Positions 26,803-35,748 of a stretch of DNA of 61,521 nucleotides are shown here, piece after piece; the stretch's first letter is position 1, and each line of letters opens with the position of its first letter. This stretch comes from a virus (taxonomy: Duplodnaviria > Caudoviricetes). Under the pieces are notes generated by a model that was not told the DNA's origin, made no database searches, and saw nothing but the letters and a program-made list of their open reading frames with translations. The DNA lies in IMG/VR virus record IMGVR_UViG_3300020045_002604, positions 1 to 61,521 of that record. One strand, given 5' to 3'. Made by a program: the position numbers and the translations under genes.

Positions 26803-26831
26803 ATCATAGCACAACTTTCTGTGGTTGTCAA
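26803..26831 (-). promoter_or_regulatory. SigA-type promoter
   Basis: TTGACA-17-TATGAT with TG extension. Confidence 0.85.
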
Positions 26832-26885
26832 GAGATTGGCTGGCTGGTTGTTTTTAACGATTAAATATGTTACGATTGTAACACT

Positions 26886-27122
26886 ATGTCAGCTAATCCT
26901 AACAATGTATACTGGGCAACCATTCGCAAACTCGACGCTAAGTACGACTACCTAGAGGTAACACAAACTTCAAAAAGTCGGTGGAGCGTTACCATTGACG
27001 GTCACGACTACTCCGTGCGGACAAACTCCACCGACTTTTGGACTATCCTTGCCGCCGCCTTCAAGCTTCGTGAGAAGCGTCTAGCTAAGCTAGCTCTACA
27101 GGCCACTCAAAATCTAGAGTAA
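26886..27122 (+). CDS. Hypothetical protein (isolated + strand gene)
   Basis: Own -10 TATGT-TACGAT at 26866-26876. Confidence 0.6.
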   Translation: MSANPNNVYWATIRKLDAKYDYLEVTQTSKSRWSVTIDGHDYSVRTNSTDFWTILAAAFKLREKRLAKLALQATQNLE

Positions 27123-27294
27123 GCACCCAGCTTGTGGCTGTCTGCCACCCGCCAAGTTGACGCTCTTCGACGGTATCCAGCTCAGCTTCGGTGATCGTTG
27201 CCGAGTCTAGCACACTGTCTGGCAGATTGTCAAGGGCCTCTAGGATACCTCTCAGGCTAGTAGCCTGGATCGTGTGTTGTCCCTTAAGAATCAT
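27085..27294 (-). CDS. Hypothetical protein
   Basis: ATGA overlap with upstream gene. Confidence 0.6.
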   Translation of the reverse strand: MILKGQHTIQATSLRGILEALDNLPDSVLDSATITEAELDTVEERQLGGWQTATSWVLTLDFEWPVELA

Positions 27295-27503
27295 TTGCGT
27301 TCTTCCTCTACACGTTCTATCTCCCACTCAAGGTAAGCTTTAGCCTTGAGCAAGTCTTCCAACTCGTTGCCCTTGTACGGCGCCCTCAGCACATACTTCA
27401 ACACGTTACCCCTCAGGAACGATTCATGTCGAGTAATCTCGATAGTTTCGATGCCTGAGGGGTGTTGTGTGTAATGAGCAGGGTGCCTTACTTTGTCGCT
27501 CAC
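27291..27503 (-). CDS. DUF3310-like protein
   Basis: VRHPAHY...GIETIE...FLRGNVLKY..RA..KG...EDLLKAKAYL. Confidence 0.85.
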   Translation of the reverse strand: MSDKVRHPAHYTQHPSGIETIEITRHESFLRGNVLKYVLRAPYKGNELEDLLKAKAYLEWEIERVEEERK

Positions 27504-27733
27504 TCGCCGTAGGTCTTACCGTTCACGGCTTCGTGGATCGTGATGAGCGCGTCAATGGCGCCTTCGTACTCAGCCTTCTTACGCTGGAAGACACGGCTGT
27601 ACTGGACCTTGTTTGGCCCATCCATCGATTCCAGCACGAAGGCTAGGGCCTCGCTGTACTCAGTGATCTGCGATTCGATCAGCTTGAGAAAATCCTCTGG
27701 GGTTGCGATCTTTGCCTGCTTCGTAGCGGCCAT
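27500..27733 (-). CDS. Hypothetical protein
   Basis: ORF with RBS, coupled downstream. Confidence 0.7.
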   Translation of the reverse strand: MAATKQAKIATPEDFLKLIESQITEYSEALAFVLESMDGPNKVQYSRVFQRKKAEYEGAIDALITIHEAVNGKTYGE

Positions 27734-27754
27734 AATGTTGTCTCTTTCTGTTGG

Positions 27755-28504
27755 TTAACTGAGGTCGGACCAGGAGGTCCCGATGCTGTAGTCTGATAGG
27801 AACGGCACGGCGTCGCCGAGAACCATCCTGCCTGTCTTGCGTAGTTGAAGTCCTACATAGCGACCGATTGTGTCGGCGTTATCGGACGGACCCTCGATCA
27901 TCATGGCGTCATGGACCAGGTTAAACAGCTTGTAGCCTGCATCCTTGAGGGACGGGTTGATACGGATCGCGGTTGCCAGCAGGATATCACTTGACGTACT
28001 CTGCGGCAAGAACGACAGAGCTTCGCGCTCGATGTTCCTGTAATTTTTAGTTGTTACAACTTCCGACTGGAAGCGGCGCCCGAACGGATTGATCAGCAGG
28101 TCACGGCGGCTGGGTATTCTCGCCGCCGCCTTAACGTCTTCGCGCCACTTAGCAAAGCCTACCGCAACAGCCATGTAGTTGTCAATGATCCTCTGGGCTT
28201 CCCAGGTCTTCATGCCTAGGGACTGCGCGATAGCTGGTGCCTGGCGACCGAACGCTAGACCGTACTGAACCGCCTTAACCTTCGTCCGGGCCTCTTTGTG
28301 GAGGACCGGACATTTCTCTTTGTAGACTTCGATTGACCCGAACTCGTGGACGATCTGCGGGAACGCTACAGGCATAAGGTGACTGTCAAAAAAGTCTCCC
28401 GCCCCTTCCTGTAGCGCCCCGATCATCCACTCGTCGTTAGACAGCCGCGCCATGACCCGGAGTTCGGCCTGCGACAAGTCGATGTTAATCATCACCGTCT
28501 TCAT
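27755..28504 (-). CDS. polA: Family A DNA polymerase, C-terminal part (motifs A, B, C)
   Basis: DLSQAELRVMA, RTKVKAVQYGLAFG, NLVHDAM; own RBS GGAGGA before ATG 28504. Confidence 0.92.
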   Translation of the reverse strand: MKTVMINIDLSQAELRVMARLSNDEWMIGALQEGAGDFFDSHLMPVAFPQIVHEFGSIEVYKEKCPVLHKEARTKVKAVQYGLAFGRQAPAIAQSLGMKTWEAQRIIDNYMAVAVGFAKWREDVKAAARIPSRRDLLINPFGRRFQSEVVTTKNYRNIEREALSFLPQSTSSDILLATAIRINPSLKDAGYKLFNLVHDAMMIEGPSDNADTIGRYVGLQLRKTGRMVLGDAVPFLSDYSIGTSWSDLS

Positions 28505-28673
28505 CTGGTTCCTCCCCCTCATCGTCTGGCGGATTGGGCGTGAACCCCATCTGCGTTCGCGTTTCTAGGGTGTGCGTTTCGGGTTCCTCTACTTCGAACC
28601 CGCCGTGTATGATCGTGCACAATACCTCACCGGCATCGTCACCTACATACTTGATAACCGTAAAGCCCTTCAC
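28485..28673 (-). CDS. Small acidic protein between the polymerase halves
   Basis: GTG start after RBS GAGGA; 62 aa with acidic tail. Confidence 0.6.
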   Translation of the reverse strand: MKGFTVIKYVGDDAGEVLCTIIHGGFEVEEPETHTLETRTQMGFTPNPPDDEGEEPDEDGDD

Positions 28674-28674
28674 T

Positions 28675-30087
28675 CTATTCCTCGATCCGCACAATTTCTC
28701 GAACGCGCTTGTCTCGCGGCATGTTCTGGGCGTTGGGCTTCGTGCTGGACAGGCGCCCTGTGGACGTACCGTGCACCAGGAACGTAGGGCGCACCCTTGC
28801 CTGCGTATCGCCGTCGAGCTTGCGGGCCTGGGCGCCCCAGCCCTCGGCGTAGGTGCTGTTCTGCTTGGCCAGCCCCCGGTACTCTAGGAGTACGTGACAC
28901 CAGTCCGCGACAGCGGCCTCGGGGTTGTTTTCGATAAGCTCTGCCAGCGTGGCCTCGTTAGTCGAGAACACCACCCTGCCGAACCGGTCAGAAAGTGCTC
29001 GCTTTACCTGGACGGGACTGTTAGGGTTGAACTTAACATCACCCGCACCCTCCCTAAGCTGGTCGAGCATCAAGTCCATCGTCTGTATATTGGCACTACG
29101 CAGACTCTCTGCCGCCTGGAAGCTAAACGGGATACCGTTCATTTCCACTTCGAGCAGAAGCTCCGCGAGCGCCAACTCAAACTCAAACGCTTTCTGGTTC
29201 TCTTCGTCCGCTTCGATCTGCGGTGCGAACAGTTCCCACAACTTGTAGGTCCAGTACACGTCCCACCCGTTGTAAGTAATCAGAGCACCCCAAGGGATAA
29301 GCTCGTAATGACCTCCACCCTTGGTGTGCTTGTTGATACCCTCTTCCCAGTCCGGTGCGCCGTAGTATCTACGTGCGAGAATCTTGAGTCCATGCTCACC
29401 CGCCGCGTGGTTGAGTACGTGATGGGCCAGCATCGTGTCGAACCATACGTGCAACTCAACACCCAGTACTCTGTTCAGCACGCGGGTATCGAATTTGCCG
29501 TTGTGGTAGATGCCCTTGGTGAACTTAGGTAGCGCCTCTTTGAGCATGTCCAACATGCTCTCGCTAAGGGGCTGGCTACTACCGTCTGTTGCAGGGTTGT
29601 GATATACCACGGGGTAGCACCCATCCTGATACAGCGCGACGGAAATGACCTCTACCTCTTCCGCCGTGTGTGACCTTCCCAGGTTACCGTTTGTTTCAAT
29701 ATCGATAGCCGTGGGCTTGTAGAAGTCGAAGTCGAATAGCGCGGGGTGCGCGGCTCCACTAGCATAACCAGCGGGCTTGATGTGCTCCGGTGGTGTATGC
29801 ACACCATTGAAGTACAACTGCAACGACGACGTGAGCACCGTAGCCGCATTAGCTTTGGCCATGATCTGGGCGATGGAGTACGTGTAGATATACTCGTTGT
29901 CGAAGACCGCCCGTTCTGGGGCGCGCGAGCCGAACACAAGGACACGACGAGGCGACGCGTCGCTGGGCTTAAGCTCTACGAACTTAACGTCGTCGTACCC
30001 GTTAGCTTCCTTGATGTTTTTTAGGACTTCAATCGCTCGGGGAGTCGGCTCCTGCTCTGAGTAAATCCAGCAGATTCGGTGTTCCAT
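28675..30087 (-). CDS. polA: Family A DNA polymerase, N-terminal part (3'-5' exonuclease + thumb)
   Basis: IDIET, HNGKFD, DTMLAH, YNGWDV; FNPNSPVQ; GTSTGRLSSTKPNAQNMPR. Confidence 0.92.
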   Translation of the reverse strand: MEHRICWIYSEQEPTPRAIEVLKNIKEANGYDDVKFVELKPSDASPRRVLVFGSRAPERAVFDNEYIYTYSIAQIMAKANAATVLTSSLQLYFNGVHTPPEHIKPAGYASGAAHPALFDFDFYKPTAIDIETNGNLGRSHTAEEVEVISVALYQDGCYPVVYHNPATDGSSQPLSESMLDMLKEALPKFTKGIYHNGKFDTRVLNRVLGVELHVWFDTMLAHHVLNHAAGEHGLKILARRYYGAPDWEEGINKHTKGGGHYELIPWGALITYNGWDVYWTYKLWELFAPQIEADEENQKAFEFELALAELLLEVEMNGIPFSFQAAESLRSANIQTMDLMLDQLREGAGDVKFNPNSPVQVKRALSDRFGRVVFSTNEATLAELIENNPEAAVADWCHVLLEYRGLAKQNSTYAEGWGAQARKLDGDTQARVRPTFLVHGTSTGRLSSTKPNAQNMPRDKRVREIVRIEE

Positions 30088-30469
30088 ATACTGCCTCCCT
30101 TACTGCGTTTAGTGGCGTACCTGTGAGTTGACTGATCGCCTTGATGCTCGTGCCGTTACTGCTGGCAAGCTGGACCAGCGGCCTGTTGACCTCCTGGTTA
30201 TCCCGCCAGTCAACCGCGATGAGCCACAGTACATGTAGTGCATCGGTCTTCCAGATGCGGTTAGGCCAGGACATGTTCGTATGCAAGCCCATGTGTTTCT
30301 TTGCAAGGTCCACCGTTACGTCCAGGACCGCGCTGACTTCTGTCGGAGTGAACAGGCCGAAGGCCGCCAGCTCTTTGACGGCCTCCGGCTTACTGTGCTT
30401 CATGCCACGACGACGAAGGTCGAAGTACCAACTTGCTGTCTCCAACGCCTTAACGTAATCAGTCTCCAT
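30029..30469 (-). CDS. Putative HTH-containing protein
   Basis: GTSIKAISQLTGTP HTH-like segment. Confidence 0.55.
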   Translation of the reverse strand: METDYVKALETASWYFDLRRRGMKHSKPEAVKELAAFGLFTPTEVSAVLDVTVDLAKKHMGLHTNMSWPNRIWKTDALHVLWLIAVDWRDNQEVNRPLVQLASSNGTSIKAISQLTGTPLNAVREAVYGTPNLLDLLRAGADSPSD

Positions 30470-32690
30470 AACTCACCTTCAATGTCCATCGTGACCCGTT
30501 CTTTTCACGGGTAAGTACACCGCGCTGTTCCAGCGCGGCAATCATTTCCTCAAACTCGAACGGTCGCTTGTCCGAGAACGAACGGTAGGCCACAGCGTAG
30601 GACACCGAGCCACCCTTGTTGTTGATAAACGCTTCCAGCTTGTCCACGTCCCTCTGCCACTCGGACTCAGACACCATGCTCGCCATAGTGATCGCGTTCG
30701 TGATCCACTCACCTGCATACCCAATGGCATGAAGCATGTGACTCAACTCGATCTTACGGGCTTTCTCGTCCATCGCAAGGATAGCCGCCAACTTGAGTGT
30801 CGCGTGCACCGTACGCTCGGAGGTAGTCGCAATGATTTCTGCGTACATAGTCTCGCCAGCGCGCTTACGCACGTCCGCTTCGTACTGCTGGTACCTAGTC
30901 CACGCCTCAGGTGTAGCCCTCATGGGCACCGTGTCACCTTCGCCACCGTACATTTCCCAGTAGGCGCGACGACCGCGTAGATGCTCCATCAGCCCCTCGA
31001 AGACAACATCTTCCTTGTCCTCTTCCTCGCTTGACTGCTCGATAGGTGCGGGGCGGTAACCCTCAGGGCGCGAACCCAGAATGTACAGAAATCGTGTGAG
31101 GAATCCCGACCGGAAGTTGGTCACCGTGAGCACGTCTGTAGCCTCGGAAAGAATGCCCATCATGAACATGATAAAGGAAACCGGCACGGCTTCCTGGACT
31201 TTCTTTTCACCCGACGCCCGAACTCGACCGTCAGCCCAACCATCGTACAGCTTCGTGAACGCTTCCAGCCCGCCAGACATGTACGACTGGTGCAGGAGTT
31301 CCTTGAACAAACCCTGGACCTCATCGCGGTCGAAGACGGTAGCCTTGTTGGCGCGGTCCAGCAGAGCCAGACCAATACCACTCGGCGTCACGTCGCTACC
31401 GATGCTGTAGTTGGTGTCCTCAGTACGGAGTGCGCGGAACGCCTTGTTCATGTACGAGCGCGCCGTGGACTTTCGGTCCAAGGTTGAGCGTCCCAGTGTC
31501 ATCGTCCAGATGTTCAGCTTCATCGGACCCCACTGCGGGGTCGCGTGACCGTACTCGGAGTAGACCGCCGACATGACGGTGATAGCCGCCGCGCGGTGGT
31601 ACTCTACCGGTGCGTCCGTCTTCGTGCTGGCCCACTGGCACCACAGGTCGATGAAGTTGATCTGACCACGGACGAACTCGCGCTCTTCCTCGGTCAGAAA
31701 CTCGATCTTCCCCACGGTGCCGGTGGTCTTGCGCTGTGCGGGCTCTTCCTCGTCGTAGTATCCCTGCTCGATATCCCACGAGTAGTCAGGATCGAACGCG
31801 GCATTTTTAGCTTTTAGAAGTGCGGTGTCCCACAGCCCCTTGAGTCCGCGCGGGTCTTCACCGTTGAACTTATTGGACGGTGAACCCCACGCGATAGCCA
31901 TGACCTCACGGTCGTCCAGACCCAGCCGGTACAACTCACACATGAGGCGGAACAGGGCTTCACTACGTGAGTCCCCGTGCGGCGCCTTGAACACCAGGTC
32001 GTGTAGACCAGCGCTACTCGGCAGACCGTTGAGTAGCTTCGCACGGTTCTGCTGGATGAACTCGGGCAGGTTGTCGGGCATGTCCCCAACACTGGCCTCG
32101 TACGCGTCCGCAACCTCGGACTCGGGGTACAGATCAGTGAGGTCAGCGAACCCTGTCAGCGTGTCACCTAGGACCGCGCGCGTCACTGTGACAATGGCGC
32201 CGGGGTGCTTGCTGTTGCTTGTCCCGGGCACGCGCATGAGCTTCGCAGGGTTGATGTAGGAGGGGTCGCACCCCTGGTCCTTGTGAACCTGTGCGATACG
32301 GCGGTTGAGCTTTGCCACCTGAGCCACATCGCTGTTGTCAGCGAGAGGCCAGTACACCTGGTACCGACCTGGACTGGACTCGATGATAATGTCAGGCTGA
32401 GTGCGGAAGTTCTTGGGTTCGCAGGTGTCAGCGTCAGCGCCCGCTACTCGCAGGAGCTTGGCGTATTCCTTGTGTCGATCCTTTTCAGAGAAGAGGCTCG
32501 GGCTGAACCACACGTCGCCGTGCTCACTCGTCCACACAAAGTCGGACATGTCTTCGAGTTGTTCGGGGTACTCGAACCAGTAGTCGGAGGCGGGCTTGCC
32601 GTCGCGGTTAGGCAGGACGATAACGGCGTAACCCTCGCCGTCGCCAAAGATTGCCTCAAAGAATTCGCGGGCTTCCACTAGACCTCCCAA
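30459..32690 (-). CDS. RepB-like primase fused to helicase-like domain
   Basis: DADT, IIESSPGRYQVYW, LMRVPGTSNSK; SRSE helix bundle; GRSTLDRKST, DRDEV, SGFLTRFL. Confidence 0.85.
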   Translation of the reverse strand: MGGLVEAREFFEAIFGDGEGYAVIVLPNRDGKPASDYWFEYPEQLEDMSDFVWTSEHGDVWFSPSLFSEKDRHKEYAKLLRVAGADADTCEPKNFRTQPDIIIESSPGRYQVYWPLADNSDVAQVAKLNRRIAQVHKDQGCDPSYINPAKLMRVPGTSNSKHPGAIVTVTRAVLGDTLTGFADLTDLYPESEVADAYEASVGDMPDNLPEFIQQNRAKLLNGLPSSAGLHDLVFKAPHGDSRSEALFRLMCELYRLGLDDREVMAIAWGSPSNKFNGEDPRGLKGLWDTALLKAKNAAFDPDYSWDIEQGYYDEEEPAQRKTTGTVGKIEFLTEEEREFVRGQINFIDLWCQWASTKTDAPVEYHRAAAITVMSAVYSEYGHATPQWGPMKLNIWTMTLGRSTLDRKSTARSYMNKAFRALRTEDTNYSIGSDVTPSGIGLALLDRANKATVFDRDEVQGLFKELLHQSYMSGGLEAFTKLYDGWADGRVRASGEKKVQEAVPVSFIMFMMGILSEATDVLTVTNFRSGFLTRFLYILGSRPEGYRPAPIEQSSEEEDKEDVVFEGLMEHLRGRRAYWEMYGGEGDTVPMRATPEAWTRYQQYEADVRKRAGETMYAEIIATTSERTVHATLKLAAILAMDEKARKIELSHMLHAIGYAGEWITNAITMASMVSESEWQRDVDKLEAFINNKGGSVSYAVAYRSFSDKRPFEFEEMIAALEQRGVLTREKNGSRWTLKVSYGD

Positions 32691-32753
32691 TCTTAATGGT
32701 TAAAAGTAAAATGTTTTTTGTTGCTAGCGAATGTATAAACTTAACAAACGGCT

Positions 32754-32787
32754 AAGGCCGGACACCATATTCCAGGTGTCCGGCCTT
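32754..32787 (-). terminator. Strong hairpin after SSB gene
   Basis: 13-bp stem AAGGCCGGACACC/GGTGTCCGGCCTT. Confidence 0.6.
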
Positions 32788-32801
32788 GAGGGAGCTAGCT
32801 C

Positions 32802-33299
32802 TTAGAGCTGATCCCAACCCTTTTTCACGGCGGGCTCAGTGATGCCGCCGCCCGACTTGATCTTGCGCACACCGGTCACCCGGTTGTTGATGTACGGCTT
32901 GTTTGTCTCGGGGTTGATCTTCTGCGATTCGGTCTGACCGATCTTCGCAATGACCTCGGTACCCAGGACTTCCTTGAGGTTGTCAGGAACCTCGACAGTC
33001 TTGGTTTCCTTGTCAACCTTCCAGCCGACAGCCTCAGCGAACGCCGTCAGCGTCCAGCCGTTCTTCGCACCAGCGAACAGCGGCACATAGTTGTACCGGA
33101 TTTCGCGGCCCTTGAACTCGCCGTCCTCCACGACCTTAGCCGTGTAGGTGAACTGCGGCTTGCCCTTGTTGTCACCATTCTTGACGGTCGTTTCCTCGAT
33201 ATCGAAGATCGACACGCGAAGCTTGGCGTCGGTGGGGATCGGCGCGTAATCGCCGTTACCCTCAAGGGCCTTGTCGTCTACTCCGATGGAGCGTACCAT
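32802..33299 (-). CDS. ssDNA-binding protein (DUF669-like)
   Basis: DYAPIP, GDNKGKP, GEFKGR; follows Sak4-like gene. Confidence 0.7.
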   Translation of the reverse strand: MVRSIGVDDKALEGNGDYAPIPTDAKLRVSIFDIEETTVKNGDNKGKPQFTYTAKVVEDGEFKGREIRYNYVPLFAGAKNGWTLTAFAEAVGWKVDKETKTVEVPDNLKEVLGTEVIAKIGQTESQKINPETNKPYINNRVTGVRKIKSGGGITEPAVKKGWDQL

Positions 33300-33327
33300 A
33301 TGCTATCTCTTTTCTTTCGTTGGTTGT

Positions 33328-33528
33328 TCAGTATTCGAACTCAGGATCGTAAAGTCCTGAGAGTACCACGGCTTCCAGTATATCGTCTATGAGCGTATCC
33401 GCCTGCTGTGGGCTGAGCCAGATTGTGTAATCCGCCTCTACATCGGTGATCTTAACCTGCGGGATCGTGATGTACTCGTCGCTACTGGGGTCTTCGAACT
33501 TGCTCTCTACTAGTTCAACAGTAATCAT
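33328..33528 (-). CDS. Hypothetical acidic protein
   Basis: ORF in operon. Confidence 0.55.
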   Translation of the reverse strand: MITVELVESKFEDPSSDEYITIPQVKITDVEADYTIWLSPQQADTLIDDILEAVVLSGLYDPEFEY

Positions 33529-33546
33529 GGTCCAGAAATTCCCATC

Positions 33547-34281
33547 TTACTTACCGCTTTCCTTCGCTATGAGGATCGCGGACTGGATATCAAACAGCGT
33601 CACACCCTGGTTTCCCTGGGCTGGGTACAGCACTGGCTCCAAGCCGAAACGGTTCTTGGCAACCACGTTCTGCGTGCCGTCTACCTGCAACGCGCGGACT
33701 CGATTGCCCTCGTCGTCGCTGGTGTAGAACGTGTACCCGATGAGGTCGGGCACCGTGGGGACCTCGCTACGAGCGCCACCGGCCAGCTTCACCGTAGTGG
33801 TCATCTTGCCTGTGTTCTCGTCCTTGTCCACCTGCGGGTGGGCGATGAAGATTGCCAGGAAGTCTGCGTGGTGCATGGAACGAACAAAGTCCATTGACCA
33901 CTCAGCCAGCGCGTCCCACATAGCGAACGTGTTGGTGGGGTACTGCCGCTTGAACTCGGTCTTGGCGCGCTTCTGCGCCACGTTGAGCGTGTCGAAGATC
34001 ACAGTCTTGTACTCGTGCTCTTCGGTGAGTAGCTGTTCCCTGATGTACTCAAGTTTCTGGAACGTGTCAGCCTTGACGATATCCACGTTGGGATACCGGC
34101 GACCGACACCAGCGAATGAGCCCTCGATATCTACAGCCAGGACCGGCGCGTAGTCCTCAATCTCATCGGCAGACGCGGCGATCCAGGACTTCCCCGTGCC
34201 GTAGTCTCCGAACAGAATGAGCGAGTTGATCCGGTCAACGTCTGTTGCCTTCACGATTGAATCCTTAAAACCTAGGGCCAT
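33547..34281 (-). CDS. Sak4-like AAA ATPase/recombinase
   Basis: GDYGTGKS, DIEGS, TVIFDT, IFIAH, AKNRF. Confidence 0.85.
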   Translation of the reverse strand: MALGFKDSIVKATDVDRINSLILFGDYGTGKSWIAASADEIEDYAPVLAVDIEGSFAGVGRRYPNVDIVKADTFQKLEYIREQLLTEEHEYKTVIFDTLNVAQKRAKTEFKRQYPTNTFAMWDALAEWSMDFVRSMHHADFLAIFIAHPQVDKDENTGKMTTTVKLAGGARSEVPTVPDLIGYTFYTSDDEGNRVRALQVDGTQNVVAKNRFGLEPVLYPAQGNQGVTLFDIQSAILIAKESGK

Positions 34282-34619
34282 TACTGTACCTGTACCTCTA
34301 CCTTGTTGTCGTACGTCTTCGTGATCTTGGCCAGCGCTTCCGGTGCCAGGAACGCGCGGGCCTTTGCTGTGTCGAGTGAACTCTTCGACACCAGCGTGTA
34401 CACATCAGCCGCCAGGTGCTCCTGAGCCAGCTTGTCATCCAGTCGCGTGTTGGGTGTGATCTTTACCACCAGGGCGGGGCGACCAGCGTTGCTCTCGTCT
34501 ACCAGCGCCACTGTCTCACCCTGCCGGAACAAGTCTTTTAGTTCTTGAATTTCGGCTTCGATATCGTCACGCTGTGACTGTAGCTTTGCGATGCGAAGTG
34601 CTGTCTCGTAGGGGTTCAT
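34281..34619 (-). CDS. Hypothetical protein
   Basis: Coupled ORF, N-terminal coiled coil. Confidence 0.7.
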   Translation of the reverse strand: MNPYETALRIAKLQSQRDDIEAEIQELKDLFRQGETVALVDESNAGRPALVVKITPNTRLDDKLAQEHLAADVYTLVSKSSLDTAKARAFLAPEALAKITKTYDNKVEVQVQ

Positions 34620-34855
34620 GCCAACTCCCACTTGATACCGGCCTCAGCCGGGAGGTAGTAGAACCATCCGGGGTCTTCCGGGCTGAGTGTCTCTGCGTTG
34701 TCCCAGCCGACTGCGAATTCGCCCTCGTACTGGTAACGGGCAACCTCACCGTGACGGTCCTCGGGCGCCAACACAGTACCGAGCGTACCGGGCCGTGTGA
34801 GTCCGTCCATGCCGTGCTGATCGATCAGCAGTCGGACGCGTGTTCCAGGTTCCAT
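34616..34855 (-). CDS. Hypothetical protein
   Basis: PGTRVRL...PGTLGTV...VGWDN. Confidence 0.6.
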   Translation of the reverse strand: MEPGTRVRLLIDQHGMDGLTRPGTLGTVLAPEDRHGEVARYQYEGEFAVGWDNAETLSPEDPGWFYYLPAEAGIKWELA

Positions 34856-34883
34856 GTTGTTCCCCATTCTTGTTGGTGTCACC

Positions 34884-34912
34884 ACTCTAGCAGATGGATT
34901 CTGCGTTGTCAA
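34884..34912 (-). promoter_or_regulatory. SigA-type promoter
   Basis: TTGACA-17-TAGAGT. Confidence 0.8.
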
Positions 34913-34917
34913 GTGGG

Positions 34918-35619
34918 TTATGCTCTACCATTAACAGAGCACTGGAAGCAATCTTCGTGTGACTCTAGGTCGGACACCTCACCGTCACCCTGTAGAAACT
35001 CCCAGATGCTCTCAAGCCGCGTCCATGCTTTCACTGCGGCGCTCTCGTCGTAGTCGAACGAGTACACCCAGATATCATCGTCGGTCGAGCCGTCGCGGCA
35101 GATGAAGTTGAGCGAAATACGCTCGATCTTGACACCCTGCTTGTTCAAGCCCCACGCGTACAACTGAGTCTGATACACGTAAGCTGTCGGCACGCCGAAA
35201 AGCTTGTACTTTTTCAGCTTGTCCTTAGTGGTTGTCTTGTGATCGATAAGGTGGTTCTCTGCTACAAGAGCCAGGTCAGGCTTGCTGGAAACGGTACCGT
35301 ATCCACTAACGGTACCCAGTACAATCTTTTCCTCAATCTTAGCGTCAGCCAGCGCTGAAAAGTGGTACGACTTTGGCCTGTCGATGTGCTTTTCCTCTTC
35401 CGCTTCCAGCGCATTGTGAATGGCGGTGCCGATACGCGCACCCAGCCACCACCTGTTGGGAACCGATGGTCCACCCGTCAGCGCGCGGCCTAGGCAGTAG
35501 TCACACGGGTTACTGATCTGACTTGCGCCGACCTTTCGTTGCTGGTCGCGCTCGCTTGGTGATTTCAGCAGGTCGATGATCAACCGCTTTACTTGTGCGT
35601 CCTCTAGTGGCATCTGCAT
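34918..35619 (-). CDS. Cas4-like PD-(D/E)XK exonuclease
   Basis: GASQISNPC, GTAIH, PD...IDHKT, QTQLYA, CFQC. Confidence 0.85.
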   Translation of the reverse strand: MQMPLEDAQVKRLIIDLLKSPSERDQQRKVGASQISNPCDYCLGRALTGGPSVPNRWWLGARIGTAIHNALEAEEEKHIDRPKSYHFSALADAKIEEKIVLGTVSGYGTVSSKPDLALVAENHLIDHKTTTKDKLKKYKLFGVPTAYVYQTQLYAWGLNKQGVKIERISLNFICRDGSTDDDIWVYSFDYDESAAVKAWTRLESIWEFLQGDGEVSDLESHEDCFQCSVNGRA

Positions 35620-35748
35620 CTTTCGTTTTATGACACGAACACGCGCACCCCTCCTGTTTGCAGAGTGGGTGCGACGTGTTGGTGATGTTTGGCCACAAGC
35701 AGAAACCGCTCATGGTCATGGGCTTGTGGCCCTCACCCTTTTTAACCA

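Noticed and set aside
28485-28677. Intron, intein or T4 gene 60-type ribosomal hop in polA
   Set aside because: Gap too short for a self-splicing intron, no intein motifs, and the repeated GAGGAA lands in the wrong frame
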